From an uncultured bacterium (lineage in GTDB: Bacteria; Fidelibacterota; Marinisomatia; Marinisomatales; UBA1611): a DNA stretch of 64,000 nt. A program made the translations under genes and the position numbers. Numbering within the stretch: position 1 is the stretch's first letter; each line of letters begins with the position of its first letter. The notes beneath the pieces are model-generated. The model did not search any database. It was given only the letters and a program-made list of their open reading frames with translations, and was not told the origin of the DNA. The stretch spans positions 320,001 to 384,000 of the forward strand of contig CALSPG010000001.1 in assembly GCA_943788175.1 (NCBI GenBank), given 5' to 3'. Shown piece by piece: positions 9,882 to 18,174 of this stretch.

Positions 9882-10469
9882 ATGATGATTTTAGATAGTT
9901 TATTAGCAGGAACAATTTTATTTACTTCATTTGCAATGAGGACACCAAACATTCAACCAAATCCAGATGATTACGAGTTTAGCTTAGGTTTTAGTAACCA
10001 GTTTTATCATTTAAATCGTCAATGGGAAAGAGAATTAGGAAACAATTATATTGATGATATTTTATGGTTCAAATATGAGTCAAAGTTTTACCTAAAACCT
10101 GAATATCTTGATAAGCAAAGTAAATCCGTTAAATATCTAAAACTGGACTGGAGGAAAACACTCAAATACGTAAATTTTGGTTTTACTACAAGGTCAGATG
10201 ATGACGATCTAAAAAACTATTCTACTTTTTTTTCTGGTCAGGTAAAACGAACTGCTGAAATTAAAAAATGGGTAATTTTGGGGTCTTTTGATGGCTATTT
10301 AGTTCCAAATGATGACGACAATTTTGAGGAGATTTTAGAATATGAAGCTGTATTTGATATAAAATATAAGTTAACTGAAAATATACTTATATATAATCTC
10401 GGGAAGTTTAACAAACTACAAGGACAGAGATATTACAAAGCAAAAATTGGATTAGAATTCAAACTATAG
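9882..10469 (+). CDS. Hypothetical protein, possible beta-barrel outer-membrane protein
   Basis: Alternating aromatic/hydrophobic strands and a C-terminal KIGLEFKL. Confidence 0.5.
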   Translation: MMILDSLLAGTILFTSFAMRTPNIQPNPDDYEFSLGFSNQFYHLNRQWERELGNNYIDDILWFKYESKFYLKPEYLDKQSKSVKYLKLDWRKTLKYVNFGFTTRSDDDDLKNYSTFFSGQVKRTAEIKKWVILGSFDGYLVPNDDDNFEEILEYEAVFDIKYKLTENILIYNLGKFNKLQGQRYYKAKIGLEFKL

Positions 10470-10471
10470 AA

Positions 10472-10858
10472 TTACAATTGATCCATAACAGAACTAACTA
10501 GTTTGTCCACTTTTTCACCTACATGATTTAATTCACTATTTTTTAATACTGATAATAAGCTTGATGCTTTTATTGTTGCAACTGTAGTTGAACCATCTTT
10601 GTTGTCCCAAACAACAAAATTACAAGGCAATAAGATACCCACATTTAAATCAATATTAAGTGATTCGTATGCTGATGGAGGGTGACATGAACCCAAGATT
10701 TTATAACTGCGGAAATCAACTCCAAGTTTATCTTCTAACTTTTCTTTTATGTCAATTTCTGTAATAACACCAAAACCATTATTAAGAAGCTTTTCTCTTA
10801 ATAAATTTTCTACATCTACTATCGTTCCATTGATGATTTTTTTATGTCCATAATCCAT
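10472..10858 (-). CDS. DUF302 family protein
   Basis: GFGVITEID, Y.ILGSC.P, G.LLPCN motifs. Confidence 0.88.
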   Translation of the reverse strand: MDYGHKKIINGTIVDVENLLREKLLNNGFGVITEIDIKEKLEDKLGVDFRSYKILGSCHPPSAYESLNIDLNVGILLPCNFVVWDNKDGSTTVATIKASSLLSVLKNSELNHVGEKVDKLVSSVMDQL

Positions 10859-11044
10859 ATACTTTATACCTTTTTAATACCTTTTAAAACAAAGACAATA
10901 ATACTAACCTAATCATGTAAGATATATCAAATTGTATATTAATATATTTTCAAATATATCAATTATTTAAAAGCGTATTCCTTGATTATAATTAATCAGG
11001 TCTTTGGTTACCTCTCATATAATAATTAAAAGATAATAAAACAT

Positions 11045-12076
11045 CTAATAAGATATTAATAATGAGCCCAAACCGTTTGTTGCCTCCCAAAAGTTATATA
11101 AACTAGTACCATCATCTTCTAATTTCGAAAACCATTCAGCCGTTTCATCAACCTTTAGCCAATCATCCTCTGAAAGTGAATTATCTGTAATAACAATAGC
11201 TAGAAGATTGAATTTTTTTTGAGACTCAGCATAAGTAGGAAATCGTTGTCCTAGACGTTCAATTAATGTTTCTGAAGTAAAAGTAGTTTTTTGATGTGCT
11301 GTAAAATCAAATGTTGTCTCATTTATCGATAAAGCAGTTATATCAGTAAACATATCAAAATTATTCAAATCTTGAATATCTAACATACCCATTAGATATA
11401 ACTCTAATTCATTATAAGGCACACCATTCCCTCCATTAGCAAAGGGCCCAAAACTATCTACTGTATAAGAATTATTTCCATTGTCTAAGAGAGAGGATTG
11501 TTGAAATCCGCCAAGTTGTCCAGGTGTACTACCTCCTGTGAATCCCCAATGACCTGTATATAAGTAAGAGCTTAGTTCTTCTCCCTGTGAATCAACTGAG
11601 TGTGTGGGTAATGCATAGTTTGCCCAATTATGAGCTAATTCATGCAATGCTGGGCCGTATTTTAGATATTCCAAGCCGGTTAATTGCATTACCGCTTTTA
11701 ATTTTCCATTTGAGCCATAATCTAGAGAATTATCATAGATCTGAAATCCTAAACCTGAAATGCTATTAGATACACCAATAAGTTTGCCATAATAATTTAA
11801 ATTTTCAGGGATAGACGGCTCATCAAGTATTAAAAAAATAAAATCATAACTATCAGGGAAAACCTCATAAATATCGTTTATGACTTTTAGCCTTTCTTCA
11901 GTATTTGTAAAGCCATCGTTTCCAACCCATGATTCATATTCGCCGGAACTCATTTTTAAAGATGCTACACGATTATTTTCATGATATGTATATTTAAAAA
12001 TTGTATCAGTGTTGGACTGTTTATCTTCACAACTATAAAAACAGAAAAGTACGAACACTATAGTATATTTTTTCAC
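11045..12076 (-). CDS. Lipoprotein zinc metallopeptidase (HExxH)
   Basis: Lipobox FYSC; HELAHNW, later GHWG and ELYLMG. Confidence 0.7.
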   Translation of the reverse strand: MKKYTIVFVLFCFYSCEDKQSNTDTIFKYTYHENNRVASLKMSSGEYESWVGNDGFTNTEERLKVINDIYEVFPDSYDFIFLILDEPSIPENLNYYGKLIGVSNSISGLGFQIYDNSLDYGSNGKLKAVMQLTGLEYLKYGPALHELAHNWANYALPTHSVDSQGEELSSYLYTGHWGFTGGSTPGQLGGFQQSSLLDNGNNSYTVDSFGPFANGGNGVPYNELELYLMGMLDIQDLNNFDMFTDITALSINETTFDFTAHQKTTFTSETLIERLGQRFPTYAESQKKFNLLAIVITDNSLSEDDWLKVDETAEWFSKLEDDGTSLYNFWEATNGLGSLLISY

Positions 12077-12231
12077 GAATCTGACACCTCATCCTTTTTT
12101 GATATTTTAAAATATTTTTTATCTAATTTAAATTGTAAATCGATTGCTTCTTTTTTAGAAAGTCGTCTGCCACCCACTATCCAGTAAGATTCCCCATTGT
12201 CTACTACTAGTCTACGTTTTTCCTTAGACAT
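12073..12231 (-). CDS. Small 52-aa basic protein (not in ORF track)
   Basis: Manual translation: MSKEKRRLVVDNGESYWIVGGRRLSKKEAIDLQFKLDKKYFKISKKDEVSDS*. It fills the gap between neighbours and has a GTGA overlap with the downstream gene. Confidence 0.65.
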   Translation of the reverse strand: MSKEKRRLVVDNGESYWIVGGRRLSKKEAIDLQFKLDKKYFKISKKDEVSDS

Positions 12232-12232
12232 A

Positions 12233-13201
12233 TTATTTTGTTACTTTACGAACGTTAATTTTGATTGCTAAATGATCTGAATAACCACCCAGAAGTCTGT
12301 TGCCAGCCCAAAAACGATAAGGGTACCTTTTATATTTTCCTTCTTGCTGCCTGTACTTAGGTAAATCTAGTATATATATAGATTTATTTATTACTTTTAG
12401 GTTTCCGTCCTCATTTAACGCCTTATTTATTATGATTTGATCATAAAAATAATCTTTTCCTCTATATAAATAGGTTCCAGTTTTTGGTATACCAATCATA
12501 GGCTCCATTAAACTAATAAACCCTAAATCATATAAAAGTGTAACATTTTCATCAGTAGGGTCTTCATTAAAGTCACCAAGCAAGATAATTTCTGCATTGT
12601 TTTCATTTTTCTGTATCTCTGAAATCTGTTGCATAATTAATAAGGCTGTAGATTTTCTCTTGGGAATTGCCAGTTCTTTACCACCATAATTTGAGGGCCA
12701 ATGGTTTACAAAAATATGCAAAGCTGAATTTTTATATAGACCTTTTACATATAATATATCCCGAGTTTTATCATCCCTTCCTAAATTATTTTTAATTGGC
12801 TTAGATGTAATAATAGAGAATTTATCCTTATCGTAAAGCAAAGCATTATCAATACCTCTCTCATCAGGCGAATCATAATGGATAATACTATAATTTCGAG
12901 AACGGTAAGAATTGTTTAGATCATTTAATACTTTACGATTTTCGACTTCACACAGGCCAAGAACATCTACGTTCAAATCGTAGAGGACCTCTGCAGAATT
13001 CTTTATTTTTAAATCGTAAATTTCCTTTGTTACTCTTTTTCTACCATTTAATGAAAATTCGTCATCTCTTTTATCTGGATCATTTTCTAAGTCAAATAAG
13101 TTCTCAACATTCCAGAACCCTATAGATAAATCACTGTCATTGCGTTGATTCGAAAAAGAAGTGTATATCAAGCATAGGAAAATTATCCAATTTTTTTTCA
13201 T
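12233..13201 (-). CDS. Secreted endonuclease/exonuclease/phosphatase family protein
   Basis: WNVENLFD, LCEVEN, NHWPS, GDFN, SDH motifs. Confidence 0.92.
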   Translation of the reverse strand: MKKNWIIFLCLIYTSFSNQRNDSDLSIGFWNVENLFDLENDPDKRDDEFSLNGRKRVTKEIYDLKIKNSAEVLYDLNVDVLGLCEVENRKVLNDLNNSYRSRNYSIIHYDSPDERGIDNALLYDKDKFSIITSKPIKNNLGRDDKTRDILYVKGLYKNSALHIFVNHWPSNYGGKELAIPKRKSTALLIMQQISEIQKNENNAEIILLGDFNEDPTDENVTLLYDLGFISLMEPMIGIPKTGTYLYRGKDYFYDQIIINKALNEDGNLKVINKSIYILDLPKYRQQEGKYKRYPYRFWAGNRLLGGYSDHLAIKINVRKVTK

Positions 13202-13227
13202 ATAAATTTTTAACCTGTTTTTTTAGG

Positions 13228-13728
13228 CTAATTAGATTTCTTAGGTCCGATATATATTTTTTTTACAAGTGAAACAGGCAGAAAAAACAAAACTTCAAAC
13301 ATAAAATTCAATCTACACGTTTTACTATCAATTATTTCAATTGGGCTTATACTAAAACCTTTACCATCTTTTGTGTTTTTTGGGCTTACTACAAATTTCA
13401 TTGGGCCAATGGTGCGTAATAGATTCCTTATAGTTTTATAGCCTTTTATTTTTTCGTTTGGCATCAAATTATTATCTTCATTGCTCCTGTTAATGATATC
13501 AATAAGTAGAATAACTTTCTCTTTAAATATGACCTTTTCCCACTTAACAGTGCCTTTTTCATAACTAAAACTAGCATCTTTCGACATTAGTGGGTTCGGA
13601 TGAGATTTCCGTAAAGATTCAATTAGTGATAAAAAATGATTTTTCCCGCCAAATAATTTTGCATGATCAGTAATCTGATTTTTCAATTCTAGCTTTTTAT
13701 CAATATCTAGCGAGTCATAATTATTCAT
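13228..13728 (-). CDS. Hypothetical protein
   Basis: 166-aa ORF, co-oriented with neighbours; no motif recognised. Confidence 0.6.
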   Translation of the reverse strand: MNNYDSLDIDKKLELKNQITDHAKLFGGKNHFLSLIESLRKSHPNPLMSKDASFSYEKGTVKWEKVIFKEKVILLIDIINRSNEDNNLMPNEKIKGYKTIRNLLRTIGPMKFVVSPKNTKDGKGFSISPIEIIDSKTCRLNFMFEVLFFLPVSLVKKIYIGPKKSN

Positions 13729-13768
13729 TTTTTTTAAATTCCTTTTTATACTAATTATAAATAATAAC

Positions 13769-14614
13769 TTATTTTAACATAACCATCTTACGAGTTTGTA
13801 TCATATCTTCAACATATAATGTATATAAATACATACCAGCAGCTACTCTTACATTTTTATCATTTTTTCCGTTCCATATAATCGTTTTATATCCTTCAGA
13901 TTGAAAACGATTTAAAAGAGTCCTGATTTTATTACCGTCAATATCAAAAATAGAAATATTAACAAAACTATTCTTTGATAAGTCATATGCTATGTTAGTT
14001 GTAGGGTTAAAAGGGTTTGGATAATTATTACGTAATGTAAATAATTCAGGTTTCAATTTATTTTCAATCGATAGTGATGTGTTTTTAATTTCTAATATTA
14101 TATTTTTGATATACTGGACATCTTCAAAGCTTGCTGGGTTATAAGGGGTCATGCTAAAAGAAGTATCAATAAATCCTTCATTATTGATAAAGAAAACATC
14201 TCTTTGGTTAGCTCCATATTCCGACCAAACAGGATAATTATCTAAACTATCATCTTGAACCCATGGCAGAATTCGCCCATTTAACATTCCATCTAGAGAA
14301 CTGGAATACTGATCCTTACCAATACCAATAAATTTGACATCTAGTATGTTTTCAGATAGAAGTTCTAGATATAAATCATTTAAAAGCTCGAACCGAGCCC
14401 TGCAGGTACCTCAGTATTCGTGAAAAAAGCCAAGTACTAAAACGTTGTCTGTAAAATATGACGGCCCAATTAATTCGCCAAAGGTATCAGAATCAGGATT
14501 TATATCTTCCAAAGTAAAATCGTTCTGACTAAAGAGATTTGCAGAAAATATAATTAAATAAAAAGAAATTATATATGTTCTTAAAACGTTATGAGCAGAT
14601 AACATGATTTTCAA
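13769..14614 (-). CDS. Putative selenoprotein: secreted thioredoxin/AhpC-fold protein (UxxC) with FlgD/T9SS-like C-terminal sorting domain
   Basis: ORFs 14411-14614 and 13769-14287 are in frame. They are joined by one TGA (14411-14413) and 41 stop-free codons: ...DFTLEDINPDS...LVLGFFHEY-U-GTCRARFELLNDLYLEL...VKFIGIG...ILPWVQD...NNYPNPFNP...TRKMVMLK. The start may be the ATG at 14605. Confidence 0.85.
14383..14401 (-). promoter_or_regulatory. Candidate bacterial SECIS hairpin
   Basis: AGGGCUCG-GUU-CGAGCUUU stem-loop 3' of the UGA. The G-initiated apical loop is about 16-17 nt downstream, and the hairpin is GC-rich in an AT-rich gene. Confidence 0.7.
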
Positions 14615-14647
14615 AATTCAAATTATTATAAATGGTTAACACTGAGC

Positions 14648-16234
14648 CTATTTTTCTTTCGATAAAATGATTGGTTTATAACCACCCTCTTTTTTAAACC
14701 ACAATATCATAAAAGAAAAACCTAATGCCATGATTATCGGAAGGCAGGCAGCTATTCGAAGTGTTTTTCGCCCTGTTTGAGGTAAAACATTATTGATACT
14801 TGAGATTTCTCTAATTGTAAGTTCTGGTTGTTTTAAAAAAGCATTTGTTTTTATAGATGTATATGGAATGCCAAATAGATTAGCATCATCAATTATCGGT
14901 TTGTTTTCAAATAATCTATTTTCAATTTTTATTTTTCGGACTAATTCAAGATTGACTTCCATTATCCCTTTAGCATTATAGTGATCTTGGACAGCTCCTA
15001 AAAAAGGAAAACCGAAGATACCTACAGTAAGAAGTCCAATAGCAGATACTGTATTTAAAGTAAGTGCGCCCCCTTTTGGAAATCTTTCTGCAACGAATCC
15101 CAATACAGAAGGCCAATAAAATGTTTGGCCAACAGCATAAATAATAAACGCTACCAAAATAACGATTCCACTAGCATAAGAAAGTGCAAAAAGACCTATA
15201 ATTGAAAAAATTGAACTTATGAGCAACAATCCTAGTGGGCCCATATACTTTAAGGGTATTCCAGCAAAAAAGCGAAGCGTCATCATAATAAAGGCAGAAA
15301 AAACAAGTGCCCATCCAGCATATTCACCCATAGTCGGTTTCATAAGATTTTGAATCCAGCCATCTGTTGCAATTTCAGCAGTAGCAAGCGGAATCATAAG
15401 TAAACAAATAAAGAAAAACATCAATTTTCCTTTTGATTTTATTATAAACCCAAATAAAAAGCCGGTAGAAACACCAACTACTAAAGATATAATTAGGCGC
15501 GTATAAGATCCACCAAACCCACCATTAAAAAGATTCAATTGTGAAAAAAATTCATATCCAATGAATGTTATAGCCAAAGCTGCACCGAGGCCACCAAATT
15601 CACGAAACATTTCTGAAATTGGTATGTTATTCTCAACACGTTCATCGACAGGAAATTTCTTACATAGTAAAAACATAATCGCATAGGCAGTAGTTGGAAT
15701 CAACATAAATAACCAGGCTGGCTTTGACTTTAACCACGTTAATGGAACCGTAGAATCTCCCATGAAAAACAATAAAAAAATAGTTCCTCCAAAAACAATC
15801 CCAGCCGGCCATGACGCGTGAAGAATATTCATAGCTTTCGTTTTTTCATCTCTAAAAACGGATATACAAAGAGGGTTTATTACCGCTTCCACAATTCCAT
15901 GACCTACACCGGCAAAAAAGCATGCCCACCACATACCATCATAGCTATTAACGATATATGTTAGGACTACAGAAAGAATTTGAAAGAAAGAAGCAGTAAG
16001 AATGGAACGCTTGTAACCAACTTTATCGACGACAAGACTAAATAGGATCATCATGATTGCAATTGGCCATAAACCAGCACCTAATAATACACCTACTTGA
16101 CCATCAGATATCCCAAATTCTGCTCCCCAAACTGCTGGAACCATAGCTCTAAATACAAAGCCAACTCCAGCAGCCATAAGTGCTAAAAAGCTAGCAGAGA
16201 GAAGTATTAATTTTTCATTTTTTGTGAAAGTCAT
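14648..16234 (-). CDS. MFS transporter
   Basis: More than 12 hydrophobic segments; VDKVGYK motif A-like; G.GHGIVEA..NP; LHASWPAG. Confidence 0.88.
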   Translation of the reverse strand: MTFTKNEKLILLSASFLALMAAGVGFVFRAMVPAVWGAEFGISDGQVGVLLGAGLWPIAIMMILFSLVVDKVGYKRSILTASFFQILSVVLTYIVNSYDGMWWACFFAGVGHGIVEAVINPLCISVFRDEKTKAMNILHASWPAGIVFGGTIFLLFFMGDSTVPLTWLKSKPAWLFMLIPTTAYAIMFLLCKKFPVDERVENNIPISEMFREFGGLGAALAITFIGYEFFSQLNLFNGGFGGSYTRLIISLVVGVSTGFLFGFIIKSKGKLMFFFICLLMIPLATAEIATDGWIQNLMKPTMGEYAGWALVFSAFIMMTLRFFAGIPLKYMGPLGLLLISSIFSIIGLFALSYASGIVILVAFIIYAVGQTFYWPSVLGFVAERFPKGGALTLNTVSAIGLLTVGIFGFPFLGAVQDHYNAKGIMEVNLELVRKIKIENRLFENKPIIDDANLFGIPYTSIKTNAFLKQPELTIREISSINNVLPQTGRKTLRIAACLPIIMALGFSFMILWFKKEGGYKPIILSKEK

Positions 16235-16306
16235 TTCTGAATGTACCTATAATTAATCGAAGATATATCAACCGATATAAAAAGGATATATAGAGTACAA
16301 GATTGC

Positions 16307-16618
16307 CTAATTTTTAGCACCAATCTCATCTTCAAAACTAAAATACTTAGAGCAAAACTCTTTGACAGTCTTATTGTCGTTGCTTTTGCAATATACTTGT
16401 AAATATATATTATCAACTAGCCACAATGAAAACTTATCCAAATCACCTTCTTCTCTTTGTACTTTTTTTTGTTTAACGTATTCGTTATTTAATGAAATTT
16501 GATTGAGTTTTGCCCATTCACGAAACACAATCTCAATAAATTCAATCTGACTCCACCCTTCTTCTAAAATTTCTTTAATCCTATTAAGACCAATATCTTT
16601 ATAATTATTTTCATTCAT
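16307..16618 (-). CDS. Hypothetical protein
   Basis: 103-aa ORF downstream of the tRNA with protein-like composition. Confidence 0.55.
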   Translation of the reverse strand: MNENNYKDIGLNRIKEILEEGWSQIEFIEIVFREWAKLNQISLNNEYVKQKKVQREEGDLDKFSLWLVDNIYLQVYCKSNDNKTVKEFCSKYFSFEDEIGAKN

Positions 16619-16650
16619 TTTAAAAACTTATAGTATTTATACAGCTGTCG

Positions 16651-16725
16651 TACGCCCGACAGGATTCGAACCTGTGACCTTATGAACCGGAATCATACGC
16701 TCTAATCCAACTGAGCTACGGGCGC
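16651..16725 (-). tRNA. tRNA-Arg(CCG)
   Basis: GCGCCCG acceptor stem, TAGCTCAGTTGG D-arm, anticodon arm TATGA-TTCCGGT-TCATA, GGTTCGAATCC T-arm; CCA not encoded. Confidence 0.96.
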
Positions 16726-16801
16726 ATATATATTCAAAATTACTTAAAAACTAATAAAGTAAATTTAGTAAAAAAATATTGGATCAAGTTAAAAGTGATA
16801 A

Positions 16802-17683
16802 CTAAGGTATGTGCTGTTCAGCAGCTTCGATAGTGTTTTCAACTAACATTGCAATAGTCATAGGTCCAACTCCTCCTGGAACGGGAGTTATAAAGGAAAC
16901 TTTATCAATTACAGAATTATAATCAACATCACCAATAATTTTATAACCCTTATCATTTTCGGCTTCCACCCTATTAATACCTACATCAATAATAATAGAA
17001 CCTTTCTTTATCATATCAGCCTTTAAATAATTAGGCTTTCCAATAGCAGAAATCACCACATCCGCATTTCTTGTATACTGTTCTAAATTTTTTGTTCTGG
17101 AATGACAAATAGTACAGGTACCATTTGACCATTCACCGTTTGAGCTAACGAGAACAGACATCGGCCTACCGACAATGTTACTTCTTCCAATTACAACAAT
17201 GTCCTTTCCACTTAATTCAATATTATAATGTTTAAATATTTTCATTATACCTTTAGGTGTACAAGGTATGAATCTGGGCTTCCCAATAGAAAGCCATCCT
17301 ACATTCTCTGGATGAAAACCATCAACGTCTTTAGTTGAATCAATTGAATTAATAATTTCTTGTGAATCAATATGGCTTGGTAAAGGCATTTGAACAAGAA
17401 TACCATGATAATTCGAATCTTGATTAAGACCACTAATAATCTGTATCAACTCATTTTGTGACACATCAATATCGAGATAAATATTTTTTGATCTCAAGCC
17501 GAGTGATTGGAGCTTCTTTGACTTTGTTTTTACGTATATCTGAGATGCTGGATCATCACCCACTAAAATGACACAGAGACCAGGAATGATATCTTTTTTA
17601 GATAAAATATCTAGTCTTTTCTTAAAAGAATCATAAATAGCAACAGCAGTATCCTTACCAGATAGTACTTTAGAGGTGTCCAT
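16802..17683 (-). CDS. folD: Bifunctional methylenetetrahydrofolate dehydrogenase/cyclohydrolase
   Basis: KDVDGFHP, PCTP, GRSNIVGRP, TPVPGGVGPMT. Confidence 0.97.
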   Translation of the reverse strand: MDTSKVLSGKDTAVAIYDSFKKRLDILSKKDIIPGLCVILVGDDPASQIYVKTKSKKLQSLGLRSKNIYLDIDVSQNELIQIISGLNQDSNYHGILVQMPLPSHIDSQEIINSIDSTKDVDGFHPENVGWLSIGKPRFIPCTPKGIMKIFKHYNIELSGKDIVVIGRSNIVGRPMSVLVSSNGEWSNGTCTICHSRTKNLEQYTRNADVVISAIGKPNYLKADMIKKGSIIIDVGINRVEAENDKGYKIIGDVDYNSVIDKVSFITPVPGGVGPMTIAMLVENTIEAAEQHIP

Positions 17684-17695
17684 TATTAATATCTT

Positions 17696-17986
17696 TTATA
17701 GAGAGTCGTCAATTAGTTCGATAAGTGAAGATATTTTTTCATCAATATCATCATCTTCGGAATCAAATTTTTTCCTAGCGTTAAATAATTCATCAGTTAT
17801 ATTCATCGCAGATAAAATTGCGATTCTATTAGAAGACTGAGTAGAACTAAAGCCAGATTGTACTTCACGCATTTTGCTATCAACATATTCTGCGATTTTT
17901 TTTATGTAAGTTGGGTCAGCCGGAGCTTTTACAGAATATTCTTGACCAAATATTGTTATCTTAATTTGATTATCATCTTCAGACAT
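17696..17986 (-). CDS. zapA: Cell division protein ZapA
   Basis: I.IFGQEY, A.YVD.KM, AILSAMNITDEL. Confidence 0.9.
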   Translation of the reverse strand: MSEDDNQIKITIFGQEYSVKAPADPTYIKKIAEYVDSKMREVQSGFSSTQSSNRIAILSAMNITDELFNARKKFDSEDDDIDEKISSLIELIDDSL

Positions 17987-17991
17987 AATAT

Positions 17992-18174
17992 TTACTTCTC
18001 CACTTTATCTAAAATCTTAATCATATTATTAACATGTTCTTCTATTTTAGAAAGTTTCTGTGATTCTATTACATTACCACTATTATTTTTATTCTTGTCT
18101 TTTTCTGCTCTCAAAGCAGTAACAAGAGAAACAATTTTTTGTTCAAGCTCATTTAATAAATTGGAATCATTCAT
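17992..18174 (-). CDS. Short coiled-coil protein (ZapB-like)
   Basis: LELEQKI..L coiled-coil pattern; sits between pheT and zapA. Confidence 0.55.
   Translation of the reverse strand: MNDSNLLNELEQKIVSLVTALRAEKDKNKNNSGNVIESQKLSKIEEHVNNMIKILDKVEK

Noticed and set aside
10921-11000. ATATATCAA repeats/imperfect palindrome and a CCTTGATTA-TAAT-TAATCAGG hairpin upstream of DUF302 (possible operator or terminator)
   Set aside because: Both are imperfect and AT-rich, so they are expected by chance here; no regulator gene is nearby.
14411-14614. Independent 67-aa ORF plus a separate 172-aa ORF (13769-14287)
   Set aside because: They share one frame, are separated by a single TGA inside a UxxC motif, and have a downstream hairpin; one recoded gene explains this better.
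16231-16416. 61-aa minus-strand ORF
   Set aside because: It overlaps the 103-aa ORF in another frame and has low-complexity composition.
1-16651. Genomic island integrated at the tRNA-Arg 3' end
   Set aside because: Accessory-type genes follow the tRNA, but I saw no integrase and no duplicated tRNA 3' end within the window.
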